A stretch of DNA of 64,000 bases from Pavona decussata (GCA_977016875.1 CDRNST010000013.1:868001-932000), one strand, 5' to 3'. Counted from the first letter of the stretch, positions 51,052-64,000 are shown. Numbers and translations: made by a program. Notes: generated by a model from the sequence alone, not told the origin.

Positions 51052-54008
51052 CAAACTATCATAGTTTTGCCTTTTATGTTTATAATTATGTATACTTATA
51101 ACTGACACGCGACTAACAGGGGTCCATACCCACGAAGCATAGTGGGCTTGGGCAAATCTAAAGGGACCAATCAAGCAACGTAGAGGAATTACTGAAGACG
51201 ATCAACAAGTTTATCTGGAGGAACGTATATGTGGAGACGGTGGAGAGGACAAGACAAGACCCCTATTCACCCCCATCCTAAGCAGACGTAATAACGAAGT
51301 TATGCAAAAAAAATTAAACCCAACATTGTCAGTTGGTATTATTTTCTATTTGCAAGGAATACTGAATTTTCCACCTTATGCACAATTTCGGGTTTTTCTC
51401 CACTTTTCGTGAGGAAAACGGATAGTTTCGATGTGATTTCCTTCGTATCACAAATAATGTAATAATTTCCTTACAAAATTCTGGTAGGAGTTTCCATGCG
51501 CCCCCTTAAAAATGTTTGTGTTTTTAATTCAATTTCCCGCCGAACCATCCTCTGAACCAGGATGGACAATAAAAGGTGGGTGCCTCAGTAGTTTTAATAT
51601 GATTGGCTCTTTTCAAGCATGCCCCTGCAAGTTGTACAGGACTCTCTCTTCTGCCGCCACACCCTATCGGCATGAAGAGATGTAGCTCTGAGACAGTGAC
51701 GGCGAAATTAGAACAGACGATACAATATACAAAAGAAAAAGACAAATAATGTTTCAAATTTAAAATTTAGAATAAATTACGATTAGCTTTTACATTACAT
51801 TGCTAATAATAAAAGATTTCCTAAAACGATCGGTGCAACAGACTGGAATGTCAAAACATCTTTAAATTTATTTCTTAAAAGCTGGGTGTAAAAGCTGGCA
51901 ATAAGAGGTAGCAGGCTAACCAGCTCGTCACCTATTCGTTTTTGTGACAAAATACCAGCCTTTCTCATTTCTATTCGCATAGCGCACCTCTGGAAATGGC
52001 CCTGTTAGGTTGGCGTCCTTGGTACAGTAAATGTTTGAGCATTTTTTTGATGACATTAGGAATGTTTTGAAGGAAAAGGATCTATTTGGGCTAATGTGGA
52101 ACATTATAGAAATTTGGCAATTATTGAATTTGAAAGTGGTTGAGCCTTTAAATTTAAAGTGAATGATGAGTAGGCAAAGGCGTGATAACACACCACCACA
52201 ACAAGGTGCAACTATCTTTTTCTACTCTCCTTCCTTTCTTTCGGAGAGCAGGGAACAGCCACTAAGTTTTTAGCTTCAGTGGACAAGGCCGAACGTTTAG
52301 AGTATCTAAGATAGTCTGCTTTAGCTTGGAAATACTTTGCGCAAGTCACTGTTCGCATGCAAGTCTCGAGTCATTGTTTACTTCAAATACTACTCTATGT
52401 ACCTGATAATACTTTATTACAAACAATAAAGTTTAATAAAGGCAATAAACTTGTTCATGTTTTTCCCTAACCTAACGAGTTGTGCTCGATCTAATATTTC
52501 AAAACACCTTAAGGTGGCTTACGACAGCATTTTTGACAAAATAAATATCGCGCGCGCGTACTGTCACGTAAGCCCCGCGCGAGTACAAATCACGCGTGCC
52601 CTCAAGGTAAACTCCAAAACAAACATGGCGGCCGCAAAAAAAAAATTTTTCAGGTTGGTTGCCCTTTAGTAAATTGCTTGAAAACGGTTGTTCCCCTGGC
52701 CGAAGAGTCATAACTGGGCTTCCCTTTAACAGATGTTGGAGTCTAGGCTTTCGAAAAAGATTGTTTTGCCCCGTGAACGAAGTTTATCGTGCTAGCGTGA
52801 CCCGCTTTATCACAATGTCACCGTCACATGAAGCCAATGAAGAAAGTCGGCCGACCAGAAATTACGACCATCTCCTTTAGTTTGGCTAAGTTTTGCGGGC
52901 ACAGCTTGAGTATATGGCTGGTTTTCAACGTACAAAAAGCGTAGTTCATGCAGCTGGAAAGGACGAAGGTAGTTCATCATCGCTAACCGATCTCCGCCTC
53001 CAAAGAAAGCGTAAAATAGCTGCTCGTATGAGTAACATGCGTCTGAGCAGAGAAAACGAGCTTCCAGTCAAACAACTTTGCCACGAAGACGCTGGAGATA
53101 GCCAGGTGAGTTCCAAAAGAATTTTTACGGCGTATAACGGGTAAAACTAGTCACGTTTTCCCTAAAATCGTACAACCGGCTCCAATGTTTATTCGCCTCG
53201 TGAGCAGGTTTACCGCAACTTGCATTGTTTATATTCGCACTGCGAGCGGTTTTGCTGCAACTTTGTCGCATCCCCGGACTGCGTCCAGGTAAACATTGGC
53301 AAGAATATCTCCAAACGTCACTTCTCTTCTTTGCTAGAAAAAAGGTACATCAACCCAGCTACCCATTACTGAATTCGCAAACAGCTTAGCTTCAATGAGA
53401 AATAAACCCTGTAAAAATATGTTTACAGAATCATTTCCAGAATCTGCACTTTGAAAGGAGTAATAAACAACCATAACGTGTCTCATTTTGTTCTCCTTTC
53501 CGAGAAAAATATAATAATACTTAATTAATATTTATTGTCCAAGTGCTGTACAACAAGAAGCATGAATAGCAAGACCACTGATCATGAGCCGGCAGATGCA
53601 AACTTGTCCTTGGAAGGATACAGGATTATAGACATTGCAAAGGTCCAACGGGATCTCCAAAAATGCCAACGTTGTGGAAAAGGTATTCAAGAACATAACA
53701 CTACTCTAAAAGTTCTCCATATTTAAGTAAAGAGGGAAGGACACTGTTTACAGGGTAGTTCTTAGTTGGAGATATAGTTAAGTACTTTTCAACATTGCAT
53801 AATAACTATTTTTCAACGGAAAAAACAACAACGAACACAAACAGGCATAAGCACAACGGATGTGCAGAAGTTTATTGAGAATTACAGCAATGACCACCCC
53901 CCAAATATTCACAGTGAACTCTGTCAGAACAAACTCCATAGTACGGTGTTTGTCGGTAACTAAACTCCCTTCAAAGTGGGCATCCCTCTACACCTGTTTC
54001 TGGGTATA

Positions 54009-54139
54009 GGGGTGAATCTAGGGGAGTGGTGCAGGAGGTGCACCCCACCCCAGAGATGACCTGCGGCTTTCTGATATAACTAGTATTCTGCAAAAAATGG
54101 TGGTGTACCCCCTCCTAAGAAGAATCCTGGATTCACCCC
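54009..54139. mobile_element. Small MITE in an intron
   Basis: GGGGTGAATCTAGG / CCTGGATTCACCCC inverted ends. Confidence 0.6.
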
Positions 54140-54887
54140 CGAGGGGTACTATATCTACATCTCGGAAAGTTCACTGTCACAATTGTTCATTGACCAATTT
54201 TGAACTGTTTGCTATAGAAGATGCCTAAATGTTCAAGAGGTCTTTAATTAAATATACATGCTCCAGACACAATGTTTTTAGTCTCCTGTTAATCAGCATA
54301 AACACCAAAGACATATCTCAATGCAGTGTGTGTATGTTGGGGGGGAGGGGAGATTCAAATATATTAGTGATATAGAGGTGCAAAATTAGCCAACTTTGTA
54401 TACTGCCAAAAATTCATTAGGCCAAAATTAAAGTTATTCTTCTTGTCAATTGAATGCTGTTTAAGATTAATGTAAATGAAATTAATACAGTTTTTAACCC
54501 CTAAGAAAATTTGCTTGAAAAATTCTAAGACCAAAAAATCCACACCCTATCTCTAATATAGCTGAGCAACCCCCCCCCCCCCACCCTCCTCTGTATACAT
54601 AATTTATGTACACTTTATATCCAAGTAACAGCTCTTAATTCAGTATCAGAAAAAACAAAACAAAAATAACTGCAATATATATGGGTTATTGGCTAAGCAA
54701 GAGGTCAAGATAGCGGGATATTGGCCAAGTTTTTATTCCTGCGCTGGTAGCCAATCAGAGCACAGGATTTGTATGATCTTGCCCGCATGCACTACCAGCC
54801 ATAACAATGAAAACTGTTTAAAAATTTTATCCACCTGCATGTGACTGCAAAGAAGCTGGATATAAGCAGCAATATTGTTCCAATCAA

Positions 54888-55109
54888 AGGGACCATGTCA
54901 ACTATTTTTAGCAACATTATGAAAAACGATTCAATTTTTAGCAATAGAACCCTAAAAATAATGGTTCAGCCTTGTTCAAAGTCACTATACCAGTGCACTA
55001 AAACTATAAATAAAAGATGACCCTTAGTCTGGGAAAGACTAAGGGTAATAAGTAATAATTCCAGTGCCCCTTCCACAACAAATTGGTAAATCTCGGTGAC
55101 ATAGCCCCT
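54888..55109. mobile_element. Kolobok-type MITE in an intron
   Basis: TCAA|AGGGACCATGTCA..TGACATAGCCCCT|TTAA: AG..CT termini with a TTAA-like TSD. Confidence 0.6.
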
Positions 55110-58100
55110 TTAAACAAAATTTGTATGTAAATTGTCCATTTCAGACTGTGTTATTCCCTAAAGGAATTTCTTGTCCCTTTGCATATCACAAAAATATACT
55201 TTGATATACATGTGTGTTGAATTCAGTTTGAAAGAAACTGTTCTAAGAGTAACATCAAATGATGTCAAATGGATAAAATAAAAGCAGCAAAGAACAAGAA
55301 GTCAATTAAAGACAATTAACAAATACAATTAATTAATAGTGATTACATTAACATTATTTACAGGGCCACTGTCACTGGGAAATGTACTGCATGAGCAAAA
55401 GTTTGGACTTGCTAGTCGTCTTTCTATTAAGTGTAATATCTGTCAGCAAATAACAATGTATCTACAAGGGAACAACACAGAACAAGAACACGGGGGCCAA
55501 AAGCATACGATGCCAACACAAGATTTGCCTTGGCTTCAATTGACAATGGAATTGGCTTTTCCCATGTGAATTCCATACCAACATCACTCAATATTCCAAG
55601 TTTAACAAGGAGCACATACAAAAAAAGAGAAAGAGAGATTGGAGAAGCCGCTGAATGTGTGGCAAAAAAATCGTGCAAGGAAATGCTCTTTAAGGAATCT
55701 CAAATGGCCAAGGAAAAAGGTGTTGAAGCTGATAGTGATGGTCTCTTGCCACTTTCAGTGTCTAATGATATGGGGTGGTCAAAGCGAGGGAGAGCCCACA
55801 ATTCTCTAATAGGCCATGGTGCGGTAATGGGTTCAATTACAGGAAAAGCACTTGATTACACAACGAGAAAGCAATTTTGCAGAACGTGTTCATCAGCAAA
55901 AAAAGATGGTCATGATCCTAATCCCTGTGACTGCAGACTAAACCATAACAAATCCTCTAAGTCAATGGAACCTTCAAGTGCTGTCGAATTGTTCAAACGA
56001 GTTTCTTCTGTTGAGAGTGACACCCCAGCGAAATATTCTGTTTTCATTGGGGATGATGACTGTTCAACAATATCCAGAATTCGCGAAGAGGTTAACTACG
56101 AAGTAGAAAAATGGTCAGACACAGTCCATTCTAAACGTACATTAGTGAATCACTTGTACAAACTTAAATCTGGAAAATCGTTCCCTCCTGGCGAGTCAGT
56201 CCTTTCTAACAAAGTGATTGAATACTTTGGTAAATGCTTCAGCTATGCGATTGCTCAAAATGCAGGCAACAAGAATGGTTTGAAGCAGTCAATCTTGCTC
56301 ATTGTTCCCCATGCATTTGGTGACCATGACAATTGCAAAGAGTGGTGTGGTTATAAAAGGGATACTAAATCATACAAACATAAGGACTTGCCTTATGGGA
56401 AGGACCTTATGGGGGAGAACCTGAAGAAGGCATTGGACGAAGTGTTTGCAATTTACACCAGTGACAATGTCGTCAAAAATATTGCACAGAACGCATCTTC
56501 CCAATGTAACGAAAGCCTCAATGGAACCATTGGTTCTAAGAACCCCAAAATTCGCTTCTATGGAGGCAGTGAAAGTGCTGACCAGCGGGTTGCCTGTGCA
56601 GTAGCACAAACAAATATGGGCAAGCAGTACCTTGTGAAAACTTTGGAGGTAGTGGATATTACACCTGGATGTACAATGACCCAGCAAGTCTCAAAAATGG
56701 ACTATGAAAGGAAGCAAGACAAAAATCGAAAACAATGCCCAGCATTTAAGAAAAGAAGGCAACAATTGGTTAAAATTCGATCAAACAAGAACGGCATGTC
56801 AGAAGCAAGAGAGGGAATTGTGTACCAGTCTGGAAGCGCTTTAACTTTAGAAAACAAGGGTTACTAATGCATCTACAATTTCAAAAGCTGAACTTTGTGA
56901 CATTGAAAAGCAAGTAACTCCACATTGCCACAGGCCAATAAAGAAATTTTAACAATTCGATGCGAATTCTGAATACAATTTTATCCTATTCGATACTGAA
57001 ACTAATTGCAGTGGGAAAAAGCTGAACTTGTGGAACTGACAGCAATATGCCACAATACTGGTCAATCGTTTACAAAATTTGTCTTGCCGAAAGATAATAT
57101 CAATGTGCATGCAAGCAGAGTTAAGAAATTTTATATAACCTCATTTGGGAATGGACGAATCCTGTACAGAAATGGCATCCAGTTACCCACAGAATCTTTA
57201 TCGCAGTGCTTATTAGGTTTTGCTGACTTCCTGAAATCCACCATTGCGCCAAATCAGAAAACAGTGAAGACTTTCATTATTGGAGATAATGCAAATGCCT
57301 TCGACACACCATTGCTGATACGAAGCATAAATAACAGTGAAGATCATGTCCGCGCACAGTTCAAGAACTCGACTTGTTTTTCTCAGACAGTCAACCACTG
57401 GTGAGGCATGTAATAAAAAACCGACAGCTCCGCCACGCAGACGGCACAGTGCCCACGGAAAATCTTTGGGATGTTCACAAATGCCTATTTCAAAGCGAAT
57501 TTGAAAATGCGCATGAAGGGTTGGCCGATGTCACTGCACTTCGAAAAATCCTCTTCGAATCCAACCTTGCCCTTACGGCAGAAAACATTGTTAACAATAG
57601 CCAAACGGTGAATTTTTCCACTGCTGAAATTGACGTCAACTATCTTGATCTTATCTTCCACAACAAGTTATACGACGAAACTGACAACTCCGTAATCAAG
57701 AAATCCCCCGCGAAAAAGCTCGCTGACAGTTGTTTGACACTGGATGCATTGAGGAATCTGTACACGTCACACGGAGCACATGGAGTTGCCGCGCTGTTGT
57801 CAAATCCACCTTCTTCTTCGAAAGGGAAATCACCACGAGGAACAAAATGTGCAATCACACTGCAAAAGATAGTTAACTATCTGAAATCCCATCCATGATG
57901 TCAAGGTGAGTGGATAAAATGTGCAAATCAGATGAGGTATTCCGCCATGTTATGTTCCAGTGTATTTTCCGGGGTGTTTCGAACTGCGCGATGCGACAGA
58001 AGATCCCTCGAACAGTGCTCCACATAATTATAAACAAAATGATTCCTAAGAAACGTTAAATGAATTGACTGTAAAATGTGAGGTAGGTGCTGTTTCAATC

Positions 58101-59512
58101 GCTTGCTGGCCCCCATAAAACAAACCTAAAGTCAGCTCTCGCAAAGTTCACTTGCTTGATTTCACATGATCATTCTCGTCCCCTGAAGAGCTCGCGGTGA
58201 TTTCACTGCTATTGCGCGTGCAGGTTTTCCCCGAAATTAGCGCATGCGCGATACAACTTTCATTGAGGTCGTAAAAAGAGACTTTCAAGCGCCAAATTCT
58301 CAAAAAGTAGTCGTACAACCCATGCCCACATTTTGAGAAGTGGCAAAACTCACCAAGTATTAACCTCAGGCAGTTTTTTGTAGAAATCTGTAAGACAGAT
58401 TTTTATGAATTTAAAATATGGCTAAATTACAGCATTTTCCTCTGTGGTGAAAATTCTGTCTTACGGATTTTTGTTTTCTTTTGCAGAAATGTTTATTCAT
58501 GGCTACTCTTCAAATCCTGAAATTTTGAGCTAGGGTCGTACGGCTAGTTTTGGAGGTGGAAACACTCAAAACATCTAGTTTCCAGTCCTTCTCCGAGAAA
58601 TCGACCTGCTATTTTTGGTGTTTAAGAGCTTGTCAAAATCGTTTTGAGATGAAAATCGTCTTTTGTCACTGTTGTAGTAACAAACAACACCAAAAAAGTT
58701 CCTCCTTGCTGTTTCCTTTGCAATGGAATGATATCTTATTTTATCTTCTGAAAACTGTAGTAAGCCACCTTAAGAGCACCGCAGACTAAACATCAAGCTC
58801 ACAAATGTCGTCGCCGCGATATCACAGCGAACAAGGCCTTCAAAAGATCTGCAGTTGTACAGACAGAGGAAAGACTTTTCTTACAACACAATGATCTTAT
58901 CTTCTGCAGTAGCAGGACAGTTAAAAACATTGGCTAGCTCACAAATTTCAATTTCTTTTTTTTTAGAATAAAGGAGTATTTTTCGCGTTATTCAATCCTC
59001 TCCACCAGACAGAGAAATACACGAAATTTTGAGACTTGAATTGGGGATCCTTTGGTAAAAGCTCAAAACTTTAGAGGTGAAATTTAAGGATGTTCCATTG
59101 GATGGATGTTAGTGGGTTCGTAGTTTGTTGCCGTGGAGACCAATCTTGAAAACTTGGCTGCGAGAAAAATATCGGTTGCGATTTGTTTTATTACCACCAT
59201 CCAAAACTCATACATTGACTGGAGAAGCAGTGAAAATTCTCATGAGATTTTTAGTGAAACCTTTGCGTACTATATAGCTCTTCAAATCATAACTCAATAT
59301 CTCCTTAACTTTTTGCATATCTATAATTCATGTAACTTTTTATTATGATTTGATATTTTATTGCATGAACGGCTTCCTTGCAAACTGTTTCCCTGTAATT
59401 AAAGAAACTCCGTGTTTGAGTAAAAGCTTATCAGTCTATAAATATGTCTTCCTTCCTTCCTTCCTTCCTTCCTTCATTTCTTTCTTTTTTTTCTTGACAA
59501 TTGTCTGCAATA

Positions 59513-59747
59513 AGTTACATGTTTGGTCTTATGCTATATGGAGGGCCCTAACGCCAAGCTCCTTTCACCTTTAATGGGGTAACGGTGGGTGAACAAGGCA
59601 AATATACAAAAACAGCGTAACGTAACGTAATCTAGTGTGAAAGTGCAATGTTCACAAGTGCCTGTAATTAGTTACATGTTTGGTCTTAAGTTATAAGGAG
59701 GAGCATAATGGAAAGCTCCTTTCACCTTTTATGGGGTACCGGTGGGT
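59513..59747. repeat. Imperfect 78-bp direct repeat with 157-bp spacing
   Basis: AGTTACATGTTTGGTCTTA..AAGCTCCTTTCACCTTT..ATGGGGTA.CGGTGGGT at 59513-59590 and 59670-59747. Confidence 0.85.
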
Positions 59748-59749
59748 AC

Positions 59750-61439
59750 CGGTAGATTGGTCTAACATCGATGGTGCAATACCCAAACCAAAACGCCTCC
59801 ATTTGGAAAAAAGACTAGACAGACAGCTTGTATCACTGTCCAATACAAGTTTGCGACCATGCAGGATTTCAAAGTCGGCGTGGTTGTAGAAAACATGTGA
59901 ATTCTAAGCATAGCTGGTTCTTTTATTTCGATGGAAAGCCCGAACTGAAACATCAACAACAATCGCTGCAAGTTTCCCCAACCAACTTATTTGTGACCAC
60001 TACAAGTGACTGTGCATCCACCGAAACCACAAGAATGCACGCCACCAAGTTATTTCCTTCATTTTCAGTCTCTGGAAAAATTGGCCAAGATTTCGCCAAT
60101 TGGTTGACTGGAAGTGGGGGTGGCTACAAAAAATATCGCACAGCTCAACAACTAGCTCAGAGAAGCTTTAAAGTTTTGAAACTTTGTTGCGAAGATGAGG
60201 AGGAATTGACGTTTGAACTGATAGACTATAGTCTTTGCTCTCCAAATTGTTCAAGTTCATTGACTTCTTGCAAGACGAGTGCAAACTCGGACATGGTGGA
60301 CGACTGGGATACATAGACGCAATTTCCGATCTAATAGACTTTTGAAAAATTAACGGAGCATCGGACGCAGTTTTGCAAAACCTATCTGCGACTGAATTGT
60401 ACCTTAAGCGAGCTCGAAAGACGGTGGCAAAGATGATAAGATCGCAGTGGTCTCAAGACCTGGATATCGACACGTTGGAAGCCCGAGGTCACTGGGCCAC
60501 GATGGACGAACTGTTACGAGTCGTGACGTTTCACTTGCCACGTTACAAAAACACCGTCAAAACGGGTAAGAACTGCCCAAATCAGATAAACCTGTCAGAC
60601 TTAACATTTGCCACGAGGTTTGTGTCGATGTATCTGTTCATCAAAGTGAAGGGGTCGTGCCCAATGACTTATCAGTATTTGGCGGTGGACGTGGTCAATG
60701 CAGCGAAGGCAAACAGAGGATTCGTCAATCAAAAAATGTTCAAGATCGCTGATTCTGACCGATGCCCGCATGCAAGTGCTCCATAATTACATCTCTATCG
60801 TCAGGCCATTGCTGAACCCACGGTGCGACTATGTTCTCATCATGAGAAATGGAGGCCAGCACAGTGAACTGGGCGATGTGATGAGCAAACTGGTGTTTGA
60901 TGCGATTGGCAAATACATTTATCCGACTCGATATCGTCAGATTGTCGAAACACAAAGCCTCAATCAATTGACTAGTACCGAGCAGAAAATTTTCTCAGAG
61001 GACCAGAAACACAGTTCTGCTGTCGCAAAAATCCACTATCAAAAGCAATGGTCGCGCGAAGTTGCCGTCAAGGGGCACGAATGTCTACTAAAAGTTCAAG
61101 GAAGCAAGGGTTCAGAAGTGGACGCGGACATTCACGCTAGATTTGGCGTTTCAAAGTCAGCCTCCTCAACGCCAGCTGAAAATGCTGATATGGAAATTCT
61201 GCCACAAAAGACTACGGATGACCAACCTGTTGAGGTCTTCCAAAGTCAGAGAAAAAAATTGTCGTGTATTGAAATTCACGTCAAATGAGGACAATTTTCT
61301 CTAGAAAGGAATCAACAGGCACGGGTTTGGACAGTGGATGGCTATTTTGAGAGATCCTGAGTTAAAGTTTCAAGAGGGAAGAACCGTGGACTCTTTAAAG
61401 AAAAGGGCTGGACTCAAAATGCCGCTAGGTTGTGAATAA
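59750..61439 (+). pseudogene. Intronless C2H2 + tyrosine recombinase + telobox-like Myb gene (Crypton-like or virus-like element), decayed
   Basis: CPIQVC..GCRKHVNSKH. Recombinase motifs KGS[C]PMTY (TGC, one change from Arg CGC), YISIVRP, I[Y]PTRYRQIVET and QKHSSAVAKIHYQK. Myb-like KFTSNEDNFL*KGINRHGFGQWMAILRDPELKFQEGRTVDSLKKR at 61263-61439. Confidence 0.72.
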
Positions 61440-61626
61440 CACTAGTAGAATAGACACACAGCACAAACAGTGTATTTTGTACAGAACTTTACTCTTTAAT
61501 TGTGAAAGAGATAACTTGGATTCAGTTGTAACATAAATTAGCAAGAAAAACAAGAGAAAAATAACATTGACATAACAACAACAGCATCCTTAAATGCGAA
61601 ATTCGACATGCTTTTATCATTAACTT

Positions 61627-62308
61627 TTATTGGCTTGTGAAATAATTCAAAATCGTATTTGTGGCCTTCCTTTTGCTAATGCCAGGCTGAACTTCGTCTG
61701 TTGGGCGGGATTGTTTTTTTACCCTGCTGGGAGTCTTCGCGGATGCGGCAGGTTCTCTCAAACTGTGTGTGACTGGCCTCCCAGCTTGCCACCTGGGTGA
61801 TGAAGAGATCCTTGTCGTCATCGTCACTTTTATTGGTCTGGCTACGAAGCTGTGACGGGTGTCTACCACTTGGCTCGTCTTGGGGTACTTCGCTGGGAAA
61901 CAGCAGCGGACACAATATGCAACCAATGATTTCCGCTTGCTCCTCTGAACACCACTTCAGTTGCACAGCCTTCCTTCTTCTTTCGAGCAAAACATACTCT
62001 TAGAGGTCTCGAACTTCCTCTTGTTGAAACCTTGCCTTTAATGCGTCTACTGCAATTTCTATTATGTATTGAAGGGCGCGTTTCGTGTCTGGATCTGTCG
62101 CTGTGTCTTCTTGTTTCTGTAAGTCCTGCAGTTCTTTTTCGTTTCTCAGCACCCACCCATCCTGGTAATAGGCACGAGCTTTTTCTGTAAGCTGCCGTTC
62201 TTCTTCAGCTTTCTTCTTAGCAAAGTATTCTCCTCTGCTTTTCTCGATGTTCGGATGGTAGGGTCCATCCACCGAATGCAGCAGGTCAGCATCCTCTTCT
62301 TTCATCAT
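61627..62308 (-). pseudogene. Unknown ORF convergent with the recombinase gene; charged and helical, one in-frame stop
   Basis: ORF 62000..62308 continues in frame past a single TAA into ORF 61676..61990. An overlapping frame ends KRKATNTILNYF. No domain recognised. Confidence 0.4.
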
Positions 62309-62894
62309 GCCAAGTGCTATCCATCTTGCTTTGGTCTCAGCGAGTATTAGACCAGACCATCTTATTTACAGTCTGTTTCACCTCAAATTTAAATTTCCTA
62401 AACAGTAATTAATGTTTTCTTGGATAAATTCATTCTGCAAGAAAACTAATAAATATTTAGCATAATTGTAGGCTGGGCTGGATACATAATTGACTTATTT
62501 CGAAGTTTAGGTTGTCATAGTTTTACTCATTTTTGACTATTTTGCACATGACCTTTAATTAAGTAGTAAGTAATGGGCACATGCAAAATAACCGTCAAAT
62601 ATAAACACAAATGAAAAAACGCACCTTACTGTATGCTATGGAATAAAATAAGTTTCAGTGCTCATTTAACTTTTACTTTCAAAAACAACTTTAATAGTAG
62701 CTGTGTGCCATAAACGTGCTAAACAAATTTTGGTCAAAACCATACCAACTAGATCTACTGAACAGGGAAAAAATATTAATACAGTAACTGGAATTTCTTT
62801 TCAAATCTCAATTAAAAATAATGCTATTATTTTATATCATAGACACTAGTCTTAACAATTAACTTTGGGTAGCTTCTGAGTTTTTTGGAGAGGC

Positions 62895-63332
62895 TAAGTC
62901 TATGTTCCCACAGTACTGGACGAATTTTCGACTGGTTGAAAAATTTGTCCAGAAAATTTGTTCACACGCAATCATGCAATATTTTCTTTCTGTTTACACA
63001 GGACTGACTAACCGATTGAATTTTAACCTTTGTCAGTGGTTTTAACATCTGCCCATGTACATTTCTCTCGTATTCTAGCTGAGTTACCAAGCATCCATGC
63101 AACCATGTCTTTGCCATACAAAAGTTTACACGGTCAAGGTGTTCACATCGTGCTGGTTAAATTTTTTACCGTACCGGTTAAAAATTTGTCCCCGATTTTA
63201 GAGTTCAAATTTATTAATGGCAGGCGTCTAAATTTTCGTACGGTTAGCATGGCTCCGTCTGAAAGCAATACCTAACCGCACAAAATTTCAACCGGTCAAA
63301 AATTCGTCTGGTACTTTTTTGAACGAAGCCTA
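62895..63332. mobile_element. MITE with about 50-bp imperfect TIRs
   Basis: GTTC..AGTACTGGACGAATTTTCGACTGGTTGAAAAATTT vs AAAATTTCAACCGGTCAAAAATTCGTCTGGTACT..GAAC. Confidence 0.75.
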
Positions 63333-64000
63333 AGTAAGCAGATGTTTTTAGGAAAAAGCCTCCACATTGTTTGCTACAAAGAAACCCCTTAAAAATTGAC
63401 ATGTACATCATTTTCATCATTTACATGTATTTCCTTTCTTCTGCTTTTTTCTTCTGTCTTTCATGTTTCTTTTGTCTTTCCTTCTTCTCTTCTTTCTATC
63501 ATCCCCATTACCCACTCTATCACATTCTTCTTGGTTTCCTCCTTCCTCTTTTTCACCTTCTTTCTTTTTGTCACTATTCTCCACTCCACATTCGTCTTGT
63601 TTTGCTCCTTCTTCCTCTTTTCTTAATTTCTGTTGACCTTCATCTGTCAAAATTATTATACAGTACTCTTAATTCAGTTGGTGCATGATAATGTCGTTAC
63701 AGTTGAATGGGACATGCTTAAGAGAAAGTCCATGTTAGATTCGGCCGTTCGATTTCCTTCAAATTTTCAGCAACAGATGAAGTTGATATAACATTAATGA
63801 AAACACGTCTTTTGATTCTAAACACCCGAAATTTTGAGGCGAATGTTCAACCCCCCCCCAAACCCCCCAAAATCGACCTTTCACTAGCTCGAAATTAACC
63901 TGTTTTCGGATGTTTACCTCCGAAAGAATATTAATACAAAAAACCTAACATTTATACCATGAACACATACACTATACTACTTCACAAATATGGCATATAG

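Larger units (their letters stand above)
52914..57898 (+). pseudogene. Spliced DDE transposase continuing into a C-terminal DEDDh 3'-5' exonuclease, frameshifted
   Basis: Exons about 52914-53105, 53543-53682 and 55364-57898. Transposase motifs GLASRLSIKC, SNDMGWSKRG, SSKSMEP, IGDDDCST, SDTVH and QCNESLN. Exonuclease motifs FDTET (56989-57003), GDNANAFD and AHEGLADV. Confidence 0.8.
52513..58769 (+). mobile_element. Kolobok-type DNA transposon with short TIRs encoding a transposase and a DEDDh exonuclease
   Basis: TTAA at 52509-52512 and 58770-58773. Termini GGTGGCTTACGACAG..CTGTAGTAAGCCACC. Confidence 0.85.

Noticed and set aside
4669-58773. piggyBac assignment for the TTAA-flanked elements
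   Set aside because: Termini are GAG..CTC, AG..CT and GG..CC rather than CC..GG, and the transposase motifs fit Sola3 and Kolobok.
63371-63688. Phe/Leu-rich and Glu/Lys-rich ORFs
   Set aside because: Low-complexity pyrimidine/purine tract. It could be an exon of a gene outside the window but cannot be supported.

Overview
AT-rich eukaryotic DNA with GT-AG introns, most likely from a cnidarian such as a stony coral (inferred from the repeat families, not verified). The window is almost entirely nested, decayed mobile elements. Four DNA transposons are flanked by TTAA with both ends visible: a non-autonomous Sola3-type element (4673-9589), a 22.7-kb Kolobok-type element (22868-45548) encoding a spliced THAP-DDE transposase and a convergent KolX-like gene resembling the P2X7 cytoplasmic ballast, a full-length Sola3 (33174-41711) nested inside it, and a second Kolobok-type element (52513-58769) whose transposase runs into a DEDDh exonuclease. 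Other elements are a Gypsy retrotransposon with 136-bp LTRs, a Penelope element with a minimal hammerhead ribozyme, several LINE pieces, Sola1 and P-like transposase fragments, and many MITEs. Non-transposon genes are limited to a TRAF-type RING pseudogene and remnants of a divergent minus-strand gene. The best candidates for something undescribed are (i) a C2H2 + tyrosine recombinase + telobox-Myb gene at 59750-61439, (ii) a P-like transposase with NHL and SAP-like inserts lying downstream of a Ulp1-type protease at 1-9850, and (iii) the Kolobok transposase-DEDDh fusion. Nearly all coding sequences carry stops or frameshifts. All family assignments come from motifs read by eye; no database search was run.
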